Virus record (IMG/VR): IMGVR_UViG_3300048044_000016
Location: 1-58,163 of that record
Reading direction: 5' to 3' (one strand)
Source of the DNA: a virus
Taxonomy: Duplodnaviria > Caudoviricetes
DNA length: 58,163 bases
Both the position numbers and the translations under genes were made by a program. The notes beneath the pieces were generated by a model that was not told the origin of the DNA, did no database searches, and worked only from the letters and a program-made list of their open reading frames with translations. Of this stretch, positions 10,146 through 18,988 are shown piece by piece. The number at the start of each line of letters is the position of its first letter. Position 1 is the stretch's first letter.

Positions 10146-10529
10146 TTAGGACGACTGGTCTGTTTGCGCGTCCTGAGCGGGTTTCGGAGCGTCTGGCGTC
10201 GTCTTCAGGACACTCGAAATCCTCTGGAGCAAAGGGCGCAATACCTGAGAGACCTCGGCGCGAAACACCATCGCATCATCGAAGTCCATCTCGTCCACAT
10301 CTTCCATGCGGATGCGCTTTCCGTCCACAAGGGATAGACGGGAAGCCAGTGCGTCCTGAATCTTGATGCTGTCTGCGTTTTCGCCGGCGACCGTAGCGGC
10401 CAGGCGCTGGTCACGGCCAGTACCTTTCAGCAAGATCACGTGCTTGCCAGAGGGGAGGTCGAACTCGCGGCGAATCTGTTCGGGGGAGGGGGTTGTATCG
10501 GAAGTCAGTACGATGGATCCTGTTGCCAT
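10146..10529 (-). CDS. Tail assembly chaperone (gpE/gp41-like)
   Basis: Start MATGSIV after GAGG; EFDLPSGK..GRD..MEDVDEMDFDD; lies upstream of tape measure. Confidence 0.75.
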   Translation of the reverse strand: MATGSIVLTSDTTPSPEQIRREFDLPSGKHVILLKGTGRDQRLAATVAGENADSIKIQDALASRLSLVDGKRIRMEDVDEMDFDDAMVFRAEVSQVLRPLLQRISSVLKTTPDAPKPAQDAQTDQSS

Positions 10530-10597
10530 TTGAATCACCTCACGCCAGTGCTTGGCTATGGTTGTGGCGGCGCACGCGGGGCGCACCGCAGTTGTTG

Positions 10598-11920
10598 TTA
10601 CTGCCCGACGCGCTCCACCACGTAATCCATGCGGTACTGCGCACCCGTATTGCTTGTCACAGTCGTGAACAGTGCAAACGTTCCGGCTGCGGCCAAATAG
10701 GATGTTGAACTCACCGACTTGGTAGAGTTTAGACCCGTCAAGTCGCACGTGCTGCTTATCTCGCCGTTCGCAGTGGCGGTTACTCCGCCAGCGCTTCCTG
10801 CGGTCGTAGTGCGCACGCTGGCGGTGATGCGGTAGAGTCCAGCAATGGGGGCCGTGAACACTGTGCTGGTGGAGATCGATGCCGTCTTGGCCGTCTGCGC
10901 TACCCACGGCTGCGCGATGACCGCCCACGGGTTGAACAGCGCGTAGAACGCCGGGCAGAGGGCCGTGCTGGGCGGAATAGAGAGATTGGCCCATCCGGCG
11001 TAGACTGCGGCTCCATTGGCGCTCACGCCGTTGCCCGCAACGAAGGTGATGTCCTCAATAGCGTGAGAGGTAGCAACCGAGTTCGCCGTGGGCACGTAAA
11101 TGTTGAATGTCCCGGCTGCCGTGGTGAGGTATCCGCCCTTGACGGCGAGTATCCCTCCCGCAGTCATGTCGAAGTTGTAGCCGCTGGCCTTCTGAAGATT
11201 GATGTTGTTCAGTGCGATGAACGCTGAAGTCCCGCCATACTTGATCTGCATCCCGCCCGTGATGAAGTCGCCGGCCAGGGTGCCGTTGACGGTTACGGAA
11301 TATGCACCGCCCGTGTTCGTGAGTTGCACACCGTACCAGTGGACAAAGCCGCTGATTGTGATGTTGCCAGCCGCGTAGCTTCCACCGTGCCGCTCACTGC
11401 GCGCGGTTCCTGAATAGGCATAGTTGACGCTTCCCACCGTGTTCAGGTCATAGACGGCGGCAGGACCATTCAAGGTCAAGCCGTTCGTGAAAGTCAGTGT
11501 CGAGCCGTTGCCGAAAATTACATGGGGTTGAGTCCCGAGAGACAAGGCATTGGATTCCGTGTAGTTTCCTGTGGCCATCCACACAGCGTACGGGGCATTC
11601 AGCGCAGTGCCGGCAGCGCTCGCTTCGCCATAAGTCCTGAAGGGCGCTCCGATTGATCCGTTCGATACTCCGGTGAATGCAGCATCGACATAGAAAGTCG
11701 TGGTCGGGGAACCGCTGCCCGCGATGCCCAAATTGGCAAGGGCATGTGCTGCATCAGCGGCGGCCGTTCCACCATTGATGACCTTTGCGGTCTGGTGCCA
11801 CTTCCCATCAGCGCCGCAGGTGTAGTGGTTATCGGGGCCAGCTACATCCTGCCATTCCTGGCCGACATTCGCAAGAGAGCAAACCTGCGACGGCTCTCCG
11901 TTTCCTGTAAGAATGTCCAC
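10598..11920 (-). CDS. Fibre/beta-helix-like structural protein inserted between tube and chaperone
   Basis: 440 aa; TTFYVD..NGSIGAPFRT..A motif typical of beta-helix N-caps; Gly/Thr-rich. Confidence 0.55.
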   Translation of the reverse strand: MDILTGNGEPSQVCSLANVGQEWQDVAGPDNHYTCGADGKWHQTAKVINGGTAAADAAHALANLGIAGSGSPTTTFYVDAAFTGVSNGSIGAPFRTYGEASAAGTALNAPYAVWMATGNYTESNALSLGTQPHVIFGNGSTLTFTNGLTLNGPAAVYDLNTVGSVNYAYSGTARSERHGGSYAAGNITISGFVHWYGVQLTNTGGAYSVTVNGTLAGDFITGGMQIKYGGTSAFIALNNINLQKASGYNFDMTAGGILAVKGGYLTTAAGTFNIYVPTANSVATSHAIEDITFVAGNGVSANGAAVYAGWANLSIPPSTALCPAFYALFNPWAVIAQPWVAQTAKTASISTSTVFTAPIAGLYRITASVRTTTAGSAGGVTATANGEISSTCDLTGLNSTKSVSSTSYLAAAGTFALFTTVTSNTGAQYRMDYVVERVGQ

Positions 11921-11923
11921 TTA

Positions 11924-12445
11924 TCAACCTCCGATGTTGCTACGGTAACCGGACAACTGGTCCTTACCGTTCACGACGTACTGATTCGAGAACGCGTCGA
12001 AGAGGTAAATCTGAGTCCCGCCAACGCTTAGATCGACGTGGTAGACATCGAAGCTGGATGTGAATTCAACCAGTTCCTGAGACTTGAAATCAATGTCGCC
12101 CACATCGAATGGGACGCCGTTGAAGTTGTAGATGACAGGACTCTCGGAAACCTCTCCCGATGCTGAGAGTGTCTGCAAGTCGCCGAGGCAACTGATTGAG
12201 CACGTCGAACTGGACAATGCCACTTGGCTGATGGTGCCAGAATCAAACGAAGACCACTTGATAGTGGACTCCATCATGTCCCAGCCAGTCGGGATCTTGA
12301 TGCGCGCGGCCATGCCCAGGCCTTTGTAGTCTGTCCTGATGCGCTTGGGCTGGGGAACCTTCACTTCTGCGGCGCGCCCGAGGAGTTCCACCCCGTTCAA
12401 GTAGACGTTGCAATTCGACAAACTGTTGATCACAAGATTCGCCAC
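11924..12445 (-). CDS. Major tail tube protein (P2 FII-like)
   Basis: NVYLNG..LLGRAAEVKVP..YKGLGM..VNGKDQL motifs; follows sheath. Confidence 0.9.
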   Translation of the reverse strand: MANLVINSLSNCNVYLNGVELLGRAAEVKVPQPKRIRTDYKGLGMAARIKIPTGWDMMESTIKWSSFDSGTISQVALSSSTCSISCLGDLQTLSASGEVSESPVIYNFNGVPFDVGDIDFKSQELVEFTSSFDVYHVDLSVGGTQIYLFDAFSNQYVVNGKDQLSGYRSNIGG

Positions 12446-12455
12446 GATTCACTCC

Positions 12456-14762
12456 TTATACTGTTGTGCTGGTGCTGGAAGAGCTGCTGCTCGTTGACGA
12501 TCCGATGTTCGCCAGAAGCGAAGTGTCGACGTTGAACTTGTAGATGATCTGTTCAGCCGGTGGCGGAGGCATAACGTTGATCTGGAAGGTTAACTTACCG
12601 GCCTCTAGATTGGCAGTTGGATTGTCCGAGGAGTTGTATGTGACCTTGCTGCCAGAAATCAATGCGCCACTCTGAATGAGTGAGTTGATGAAAGAGTTCA
12701 CTGCCGACAGAATCGTGTTGATAAGTCCGTTGGTGATGGGCTGATCGAGATAAGGGAGCGAGCTGTATTGGATGCTCTGCTCCACCACGTCGAGAGTCCT
12801 GCGGATCGAGATGAATGTCGTGACATTGCTGCTCGACGGAAAGCTCGAAGAGCGGTTTCCCCATACCCGGTATCCAGTCCCGTAGCCATTGAAAACGGTG
12901 ATGATGCCCTGAGCGTTCAGCGTGTTGGTATCGCTTGCGCTGTCATAGGCGCTCATGTAGAGGCTGACATCGGGACCCAAAATCCCGTTGATGACCGTAT
13001 TGGATGGCGAGTACCAGTAGCCGTCAGAAAGGTCTTTGCCGGATGTGGCACCAGCTACCCATGTGCTGTACGGGGTGTCAACATTCCCTGTCTTGTAGCC
13101 GAGGCTGACGGTACCCTGAGCGCTGATCGTTACGCCGGTCGGATCAATGATGCTGGTGGCCGACTTGAGCTGCCAGGGGAAGGTCAGGCCGAGGCGGTCG
13201 CTCGACTGATTGAACGCGTTGCCGGATGCCCCGCGATTGGCAACAGCCGTGCTCACGCCGATACCGGCAGGCGCGTCGGTGAAGGCATAGGCCCGAAGGG
13301 TAGTGGCCATGGCCAGCAATGCCGTACTGGTGGCCTGGTCTGTGAATGTAGGGGTAATCAGGAGCTTGGCAAACAGGCCCATCGTCTGGAATGTGGTCTG
13401 CAACGCCTGAATTCCGGTGTAGACGCCGCTATTGACGGTCCCGATGATGTCATTGGACGTCACCTTGGACGGGTCGGCATACACGCCTGTCACCTGCAAC
13501 GCCTGCGCGGAGGTGATTGCGCCGCCGCTCTTGGTATAGAGCAAACCGTTCACGTAGTCGATGGTGTAGTCGGTGCCCTCGACATAAGTGATTGATCCGG
13601 GCTGATTCTTCACAACAACCGTCGTCGGCGGTCCGGCAAAGGTGATGTTGAATGTCGCACCGGTACCGCTCCCAGAAGTGCTGGCCTGAGATACAGGGTT
13701 CGACGGCGTGGCCGAGTAACTGCCGGCCGTCGTGATGGTCGCAGTGTTCACGCCAAAGACGGCGGAATTGAACGTTGCCCCAGTTCCGAGTCCTGTAGAG
13801 CTTGCCTGCGTGAACGTCGCGCTATTGACCGTGAAGACGCCAGCATTGACGATGCTGAAGGTGGCCACGCCCATGGTGATTGCCAACTGAGCTCCAGTCA
13901 GCCCCGCGCCAGTCACCGGCTCAAGAGCGGGTGCGGTGGGGTTGACCGTGTAGGATCCTGCCACAGATATCGACAGGACTGCAGTGATTGCGCCACCGGC
14001 CACTGTCACGGATGCTTGGAACTTTATGCCGGTGCCAGTCGTGCCGGTCACGGTCTGAGTCCCGTTCGTGCCGCCGCTGCCGCCGGCCGCCACCGTGGCG
14101 CCCGTAACCTGAGTTGAGGTCACCGTCACTTGCGGAGGAGTTGATGCCGTCCCGCCCGTCAAGGTGATGCTGTCGCCGGCTGCGTAGTTGTGCGATGTAG
14201 CGCCGCCGGGAGCATTCACCGCCAGTGATACGAGCTTCGTTGTCGCGACGGTCAGGACCGCGGGAGTCGAAGCCGTGCCGCCGGCCAGGGTAATCGTGTC
14301 GCCTGTTGCATAACTGTGGCTTGCCGCGCCGCCCGCCTGCGCCACGGTGTCAACCGAAGCGGTGGAGAGGGGGGTGTTGGGCAAGCCTGGACCAATTAGG
14401 CCCATGTACCCGAGTGTCACCGGCACACTGTTGGATGCGGGTCCCGTCAGGGGGTTCAACGTAAACGTGCTCTGGTGCAGCAACGGATTGAACACGTCGA
14501 TGACGACAACAGAGCCAGCATTCTGTAGGCGAATATCGGCCAGAGCTTCGGGGATCGTGTAGCCCGAAATCAGTTCGCCAAAGTTCGAGTCCGAATTGGA
14601 GGTTGAGGTCAGGGTAGGAGTGTTGATTCCTGGTCCTGATCCTGACGTAGCTGACCACTGGGGAGCAGAGCCAATCAGGCCAATGACCGCCGAGTTGGTG
14701 ACCTGAATCGTATTGCCGCTGGTGTTGACCTCGGTTACCGTGATGCCATGGAAGAAGCTCAT
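12456..14762 (-). CDS. Contractile tail sheath protein with large inserted domain
   Basis: Start MSFFHGITVTEV; SAVIGLIGSAP; YWYSPSN, LNAQGI, GYRVWGNR, FISIRR and PPPPAEQI sheath motifs. Confidence 0.92.
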   Translation of the reverse strand: MSFFHGITVTEVNTSGNTIQVTNSAVIGLIGSAPQWSATSGSGPGINTPTLTSTSNSDSNFGELISGYTIPEALADIRLQNAGSVVVIDVFNPLLHQSTFTLNPLTGPASNSVPVTLGYMGLIGPGLPNTPLSTASVDTVAQAGGAASHSYATGDTITLAGGTASTPAVLTVATTKLVSLAVNAPGGATSHNYAAGDSITLTGGTASTPPQVTVTSTQVTGATVAAGGSGGTNGTQTVTGTTGTGIKFQASVTVAGGAITAVLSISVAGSYTVNPTAPALEPVTGAGLTGAQLAITMGVATFSIVNAGVFTVNSATFTQASSTGLGTGATFNSAVFGVNTATITTAGSYSATPSNPVSQASTSGSGTGATFNITFAGPPTTVVVKNQPGSITYVEGTDYTIDYVNGLLYTKSGGAITSAQALQVTGVYADPSKVTSNDIIGTVNSGVYTGIQALQTTFQTMGLFAKLLITPTFTDQATSTALLAMATTLRAYAFTDAPAGIGVSTAVANRGASGNAFNQSSDRLGLTFPWQLKSATSIIDPTGVTISAQGTVSLGYKTGNVDTPYSTWVAGATSGKDLSDGYWYSPSNTVINGILGPDVSLYMSAYDSASDTNTLNAQGIITVFNGYGTGYRVWGNRSSSFPSSSNVTTFISIRRTLDVVEQSIQYSSLPYLDQPITNGLINTILSAVNSFINSLIQSGALISGSKVTYNSSDNPTANLEAGKLTFQINVMPPPPAEQIIYKFNVDTSLLANIGSSTSSSSSSTSTTV

Positions 14763-14790
14763 ATCCCTCGACTCCTTTGCCGCTAAACGT

Positions 14791-14875
14791 GAAAAGGCCC
14801 GAGCAAGTCCAGCTTTGATAAGCCAGAATCGCTCGGGCCAAGTGCTTTGGTCCCGTCGATACAAAGTGTATCAGG
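14791..14875 (-). promoter_or_regulatory. Late-operon promoter + conserved leader + terminator hairpin (copy 1, before sheath)
   Basis: Minus strand: TGA-TACACT-N4-ATCGACGGG ... GGCCCGAGC..GGCTTATCAAAGCT..GCTCGGGCC-TTTT. Confidence 0.65.
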
Positions 14876-14878
14876 TTC

Positions 14879-15487
14879 CTACTCTTGTGGAACGATAACC
14901 TGATCGCCACACGGCGTGACGTTGAAAATCTCTTTCTGCAAGTTCGCCAACGCATATTGGGGAAGCAGCCGCGGGCGAACGGTGAGGACGTTGAAAGTCA
15001 GGTCGTACAGCCAGACGCGCCCTTGTGGGTCCTGCTCTGAGAATCTTTCCTCGGTGAAGTAGGCGTGACGGCAGCCAGTTGGCTGAAATCCCCCAAGAGC
15101 CGATTCAATCGCATCGATGAGCGCGTAAACAGAGCCGGTTCCGCTGAGGTTCCACGCTGTCTTGCGCGCCTCGACGTGGACCTTGAACTGGAGTGTGCGC
15201 TCCTGGACCATGCTCGAGGTTGCAAGCGGTTTCGATAGTCCCGTGTTGCTGTAGGATATCAGGACAAAAGCAATCGCAGAGCTCGCCCACCACGTATCAA
15301 GGTCAAAGGCCGGGTAGATGTAGACCGGAATCGCCAGTGGACCAGAAGCGAAGAACGCCACAAGCTGAGCGGCAATCTGATTTTGAATCGAGTCAACAGT
15401 TAGGGACGCGGGGGGCGTGTTGGTCCTGCCGGCCCATGCCGTGGGGTCGATCTGTACCGGAAGCGCGCCGTATGTGGGGTCACTCAT
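14879..15487 (-). CDS. Tail completion/terminator protein (Mu gp37-like)
   Basis: YALIDAIESALGGFQP..GRVWLY motifs; upstream of sheath. Confidence 0.7.
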   Translation of the reverse strand: MSDPTYGALPVQIDPTAWAGRTNTPPASLTVDSIQNQIAAQLVAFFASGPLAIPVYIYPAFDLDTWWASSAIAFVLISYSNTGLSKPLATSSMVQERTLQFKVHVEARKTAWNLSGTGSVYALIDAIESALGGFQPTGCRHAYFTEERFSEQDPQGRVWLYDLTFNVLTVRPRLLPQYALANLQKEIFNVTPCGDQVIVPQE

Positions 15488-15931
15488 TTACGCATTCGCC
15501 TTTGCGCTCAGCTTCTCGGCTCGCGCCGCCGCTTCCTCTGCCAGTTTCTGATGCTCTGCCGCCCCTTTGGGTAGATTGTCGCGGTAGGAGTTGGCAGCTT
15601 GCCGATAATGGTCCTGAGCTTGCCCATGAGCGGCGGCCGCTTCCAGATGTTTGGCCTTCTGCTCGACGGTGAGTTCGGTGGCCGTCTGTCCATCCTGAAC
15701 GCCTCCCCAGCCGTAGGCCTTGCGCTCGTGTTCGCCCTTCATCTGCGAGTGGTGCAGACCATGGGCAATGGCCAGGTGCATCTTCTCTTCGCTGGCACCG
15801 GCGTCCCGCTTTGCCATCGCCAGTCCGCGTGTCTGGCCGCATAGAACGCAAGGGCAGCCCACGCCGTGATTGTTGTAGGGGTTGGGGGTTGCCGACTTCG
15901 CCATTCCCATTCTGGAGTCTTCGTAGAACAT
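15488..15931 (-). CDS. Hypothetical His/Ala-rich protein
   Basis: 147 aa, GAGG RBS, in the neck operon. Confidence 0.6.
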   Translation of the reverse strand: MFYEDSRMGMAKSATPNPYNNHGVGCPCVLCGQTRGLAMAKRDAGASEEKMHLAIAHGLHHSQMKGEHERKAYGWGGVQDGQTATELTVEQKAKHLEAAAAHGQAQDHYRQAANSYRDNLPKGAAEHQKLAEEAAARAEKLSAKANA

Positions 15932-15934
15932 TTG

Positions 15935-16405
15935 TCACCTCGAATGCGGCAGTACGATTTCTACGCCGAAGTTCTGTTTGCTCTGACGTTGCGCCGATGA
16001 GCCAGTGATAGTCAAGGTACGATGCGTGATCCAGCACTCTTGCACCAGTCCGCCCAGGGTCAAGTCCGCCGTTGGCCCGACCGAATCCTGTATGGCGCTC
16101 TCAACCGCATCCGCAAGGTTGTTAAGATTTGAGACATTGGTCTCATCTGGAACTTCGCCTTGAAGGGAAACAACTGAAATCGTGCAGAGTAGAGATACCC
16201 GCGCAGGCGCAAATAGAACGCTACGGTCATAGATCTCACCCGCCTCCATCATGAAGAATGCCGGGTACTGCTCCTCGGCCAGGTCAGTATCAGGAACTGG
16301 ACGGCGACCGGCGTAGTTGAACGGGCTTGTCGGGGTCACGAGCGCCGCTTTCAACTGCGCGAAGAATGCTGCGTATATGGCCTCACGACCGATAGGGTGC
16401 CCCAT
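15935..16405 (-). CDS. Putative neck/tail terminator protein
   Basis: REAIYAAFFAQL..YPA..LADAVE..TLGGLV pattern; synteny. Confidence 0.6.
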   Translation of the reverse strand: MGHPIGREAIYAAFFAQLKAALVTPTSPFNYAGRRPVPDTDLAEEQYPAFFMMEAGEIYDRSVLFAPARVSLLCTISVVSLQGEVPDETNVSNLNNLADAVESAIQDSVGPTADLTLGGLVQECWITHRTLTITGSSAQRQSKQNFGVEIVLPHSR

Positions 16406-16998
16406 TACTCTCCCGACTCCTTGATTCCTTCGTCTACCGCCTGTTTCAATCGCGCTTCAATCCATGCCCGGTTAGCGTCAAGAGCAGGACCCGCAAACGG
16501 CCGCGCCGGGATTGAGACGTGGTGCACCAACACAAAAAGCAAGTGAACGATGCCATCCATGACGCCGAACATGTAGACGTTGTTGCCCACGTTTGAAAAG
16601 AAGATCCGATCATAACCGGCGTCTTTGGCGTCCCGCGGAGCGAACCTTGCCACTCCTGCTGGCGTCAGTGCATCTTCCATTGGAATTGCCAGCATGTGGC
16701 CATTGGCCGCATCGATCTCCGCACCGAACTCTTGAGCGGGGCCGTACTTCAAGCCTTTCCCGGCCATCATGCCGCCGGTCAGGCCGTGTTCATCTTCCTC
16801 AACCGGCATTGCCGCCATAGATGCGGCAAGGTTTCCAGACCGTCTCTTGAGTCCTGATTCCTCGAAGTGCTGCTGCCCGTAGCTAGCCAAGTGTTCGCCG
16901 ATGTTCGCCAGTTGGCGGCGCGCGGCCGTTCTGATGGCAGGACCCATGTGATCCAACCGTGCAGAGAGCCGCTTGCCGCCTTCTAGTGTTATTTCCAA
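16405..16998 (-). CDS. Neck/virion morphogenesis protein (HK97 gp10/Mu gpG-like)
   Basis: RRSGNLAAS, YGPAQEFGA, IPARPF motifs; TTG start after AGGAG. Confidence 0.75.
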   Translation of the reverse strand: MEITLEGGKRLSARLDHMGPAIRTAARRQLANIGEHLASYGQQHFEESGLKRRSGNLAASMAAMPVEEDEHGLTGGMMAGKGLKYGPAQEFGAEIDAANGHMLAIPMEDALTPAGVARFAPRDAKDAGYDRIFFSNVGNNVYMFGVMDGIVHLLFVLVHHVSIPARPFAGPALDANRAWIEARLKQAVDEGIKESGE

Positions 16999-17006
16999 AT
17001 CGGCTC

Positions 17007-17783
17007 CTAGCTGAGCACGACGGACGTGTTGGCCCCGGTGTACCACTTGCCGTTGTAGGCGGTGGCGGAGATGACGCTCGGCAATGTCGCGTTGAAGGTG
17101 GCGATATGTGTTGCGCCGTTGTACCCGTTTGATGGCGTGGTCACGGTGTGTGCGTATCCGGTCGTCGAGATGATCTCCAGTTTGGACCCATCATGACCAC
17201 CCGCCGAAGCCGCGCCAGCCACAGGAAGAGCCAGCGTGATTGCCGCGGCGCTCCCCTTGGTGATGACCACTTTCCCGGTGCTGATAGTGATGGCACCATC
17301 GCCCGACAGAATCTGCACTTGATCCTGAAGCCCGGACGCGAGAACTCCGGAAGTGTTGAACGGGGGCACCGTGGACGCATCGCCGGGAAGGCCGTTGTCC
17401 ACCAGCGTGACGCTCTGCAATGTGGTCTGCACGCCGCCGTAGGCGTTGTAGGTGACGCCGGGCAGGTTGGATGCAATCTTGCCCTGGTTCGAGCCGCCGG
17501 CCGTGCGGTACACGTCGTATACCGCGCCGGGGATCGTGTTCCAGTTGATCGAGTTCGATGCGGCCGCCGAGAGAGTCGCGGCACCAGTGGTGATCGTCAC
17601 GGAACCGGGAATCACGTCGCCATTGACCTTCGCTACGACGACATAGGTGTACGTGGTGGACGCGGGCGCCAGCGGTGTCGCAGTGACCACAGAAGGAGCG
17701 ATGGAGGTTTCCTGGACAGCAGCGACGAGAGCATTCAGGATGTCCTGCGACGTTGCTGGATTGGGAAGGGCTACGTTTGCCAT
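17007..17783 (-). CDS. Putative head decoration protein with FN3/Ig-like domain
   Basis: TYTYVVVA..SINWNTIPGA.YDVYR motif; beta-rich C-domain. Confidence 0.55.
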   Translation of the reverse strand: MANVALPNPATSQDILNALVAAVQETSIAPSVVTATPLAPASTTYTYVVVAKVNGDVIPGSVTITTGAATLSAAASNSINWNTIPGAVYDVYRTAGGSNQGKIASNLPGVTYNAYGGVQTTLQSVTLVDNGLPGDASTVPPFNTSGVLASGLQDQVQILSGDGAITISTGKVVITKGSAAAITLALPVAGAASAGGHDGSKLEIISTTGYAHTVTTPSNGYNGATHIATFNATLPSVISATAYNGKWYTGANTSVVLS

Positions 17784-17808
17784 GATGTTTGATTCTCCTT
17801 TGAGTTTG

Positions 17809-18642
17809 TTAAACAACACCCATCCCGTCGATGGGAAACACTTCTTTGTGAGGCGTCAACAGCGCGATGGTGGACGGATGCGCATCCTTCAGGAAATAGT
17901 TGATGCGGTCAGGACCTACGCCGCTGCCAGTATCACCTACACGGGTCCTGTTCTTGAACAGCAGCGCCGATTGCTGCAAACAGGCCATTTGATAATCGTC
18001 AGGCACCATGCTTGCATTGCTTGGCAGGACCGGAATCGCGCCCTCGCACCGCCAGAAGATTCCATTGTCGTTCGTGAGTGAGTTGCGCGTCTGGAGCCAT
18101 GTTCCCGGCGTCGTTGCGCCCGTCGTGCCGCCGTTTACGGCCTCGTAGTAGAAGCCGCCCACCTGAATCTGCGCATTGGCTAGAGTGACCGCCGCCGCCG
18201 TCCATCCCGGCAAGGTCAGGACCCCAAGTTGCCCCGGCGTCATGAACCCCGCCGTGTAGTTCAGCGTGATGTTCTGGCGGCCTTCCCAGAAAACATTATC
18301 CCGCAGGTTGATAAACCACTTGTCCCACGAAAGCTGCGATGCTGAACCGTTCGTAGACGGAAGAATTACGTGTCCTGTTTCCCCGTAGAATCCCGCCAGG
18401 ACGACAGACGAGACGTTCAGGACCGGATAGACTAGCGCACGCATTGAGCAGCGTCCATTCCCGTTCCGCACCTCGACAAAGGTGCCAACAGCCAGGGTAC
18501 GCGACACGTAGCGATTGATGCCGTCCGATACCGCAGTGATGATCTTTGAGAGGGCGGAGTCTGATGCGGTTGTTTGGCCCAAAGCGGGGCTTATGTAGTT
18601 CTTCAGGTCCGTCAATGTCGTCAAATCAACCGCATGAGGCAT
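17809..18642 (-). CDS. Head-tail connector (gp6/gp15-like) with inserted small module
   Basis: LTTLTDLKNY..D..L..II.AVS..I..Y.SR; YTAGF and VPDD..ACL motifs split by an insertion. Confidence 0.75.
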   Translation of the reverse strand: MPHAVDLTTLTDLKNYISPALGQTTASDSALSKIITAVSDGINRYVSRTLAVGTFVEVRNGNGRCSMRALVYPVLNVSSVVLAGFYGETGHVILPSTNGSASQLSWDKWFINLRDNVFWEGRQNITLNYTAGFMTPGQLGVLTLPGWTAAAVTLANAQIQVGGFYYEAVNGGTTGATTPGTWLQTRNSLTNDNGIFWRCEGAIPVLPSNASMVPDDYQMACLQQSALLFKNRTRVGDTGSGVGPDRINYFLKDAHPSTIALLTPHKEVFPIDGMGVV

Positions 18643-18647
18643 CTGCG

Positions 18648-18914
18648 TTACTCCACCTTGATTCGCGCGCTCGGCTTGCCGGCAACCTTGACTTCGCCTG
18701 GAACCGGCAACTTCAAATCCTTTGCGTTCGCGGCGATGGCGTCAAAGTCCGCTTGGCTCACCGTCATGCTGACCGGAGAAATTGTGAAGCCGATAGCCTG
18801 TAGCTTCGGGACACTCTCCTCTTGCACGGTCACGAACCCGGTATCGTCTGCTTGGTAGTTCCTGCCATCGACAGAAACCTGCGAATTGCCTTCAGGACAC
18901 TGCAATCTGACCAT
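18648..18914 (-). CDS. Small hypothetical protein after capsid gene
   Basis: 88 aa, GGAGG RBS. Confidence 0.65.
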   Translation of the reverse strand: MVRLQCPEGNSQVSVDGRNYQADDTGFVTVQEESVPKLQAIGFTISPVSMTVSQADFDAIAANAKDLKLPVPGEVKVAGKPSARIKVE

Positions 18915-18926
18915 TTCATTCCCTCC

Positions 18927-18967
18927 AAAAAATAAGGCAGGAGGCGTTTGGTTGCCGCCGCCTGCCT
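18927..18967 (-). terminator. Intrinsic terminator after major capsid gene
   Basis: AGGCAGGCGGCG..CGCCTCCTGCCT hairpin followed by TATTTTTT. Confidence 0.7.
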
Positions 18968-18988
18968 CATTGTAAATCCATCCGTAGG

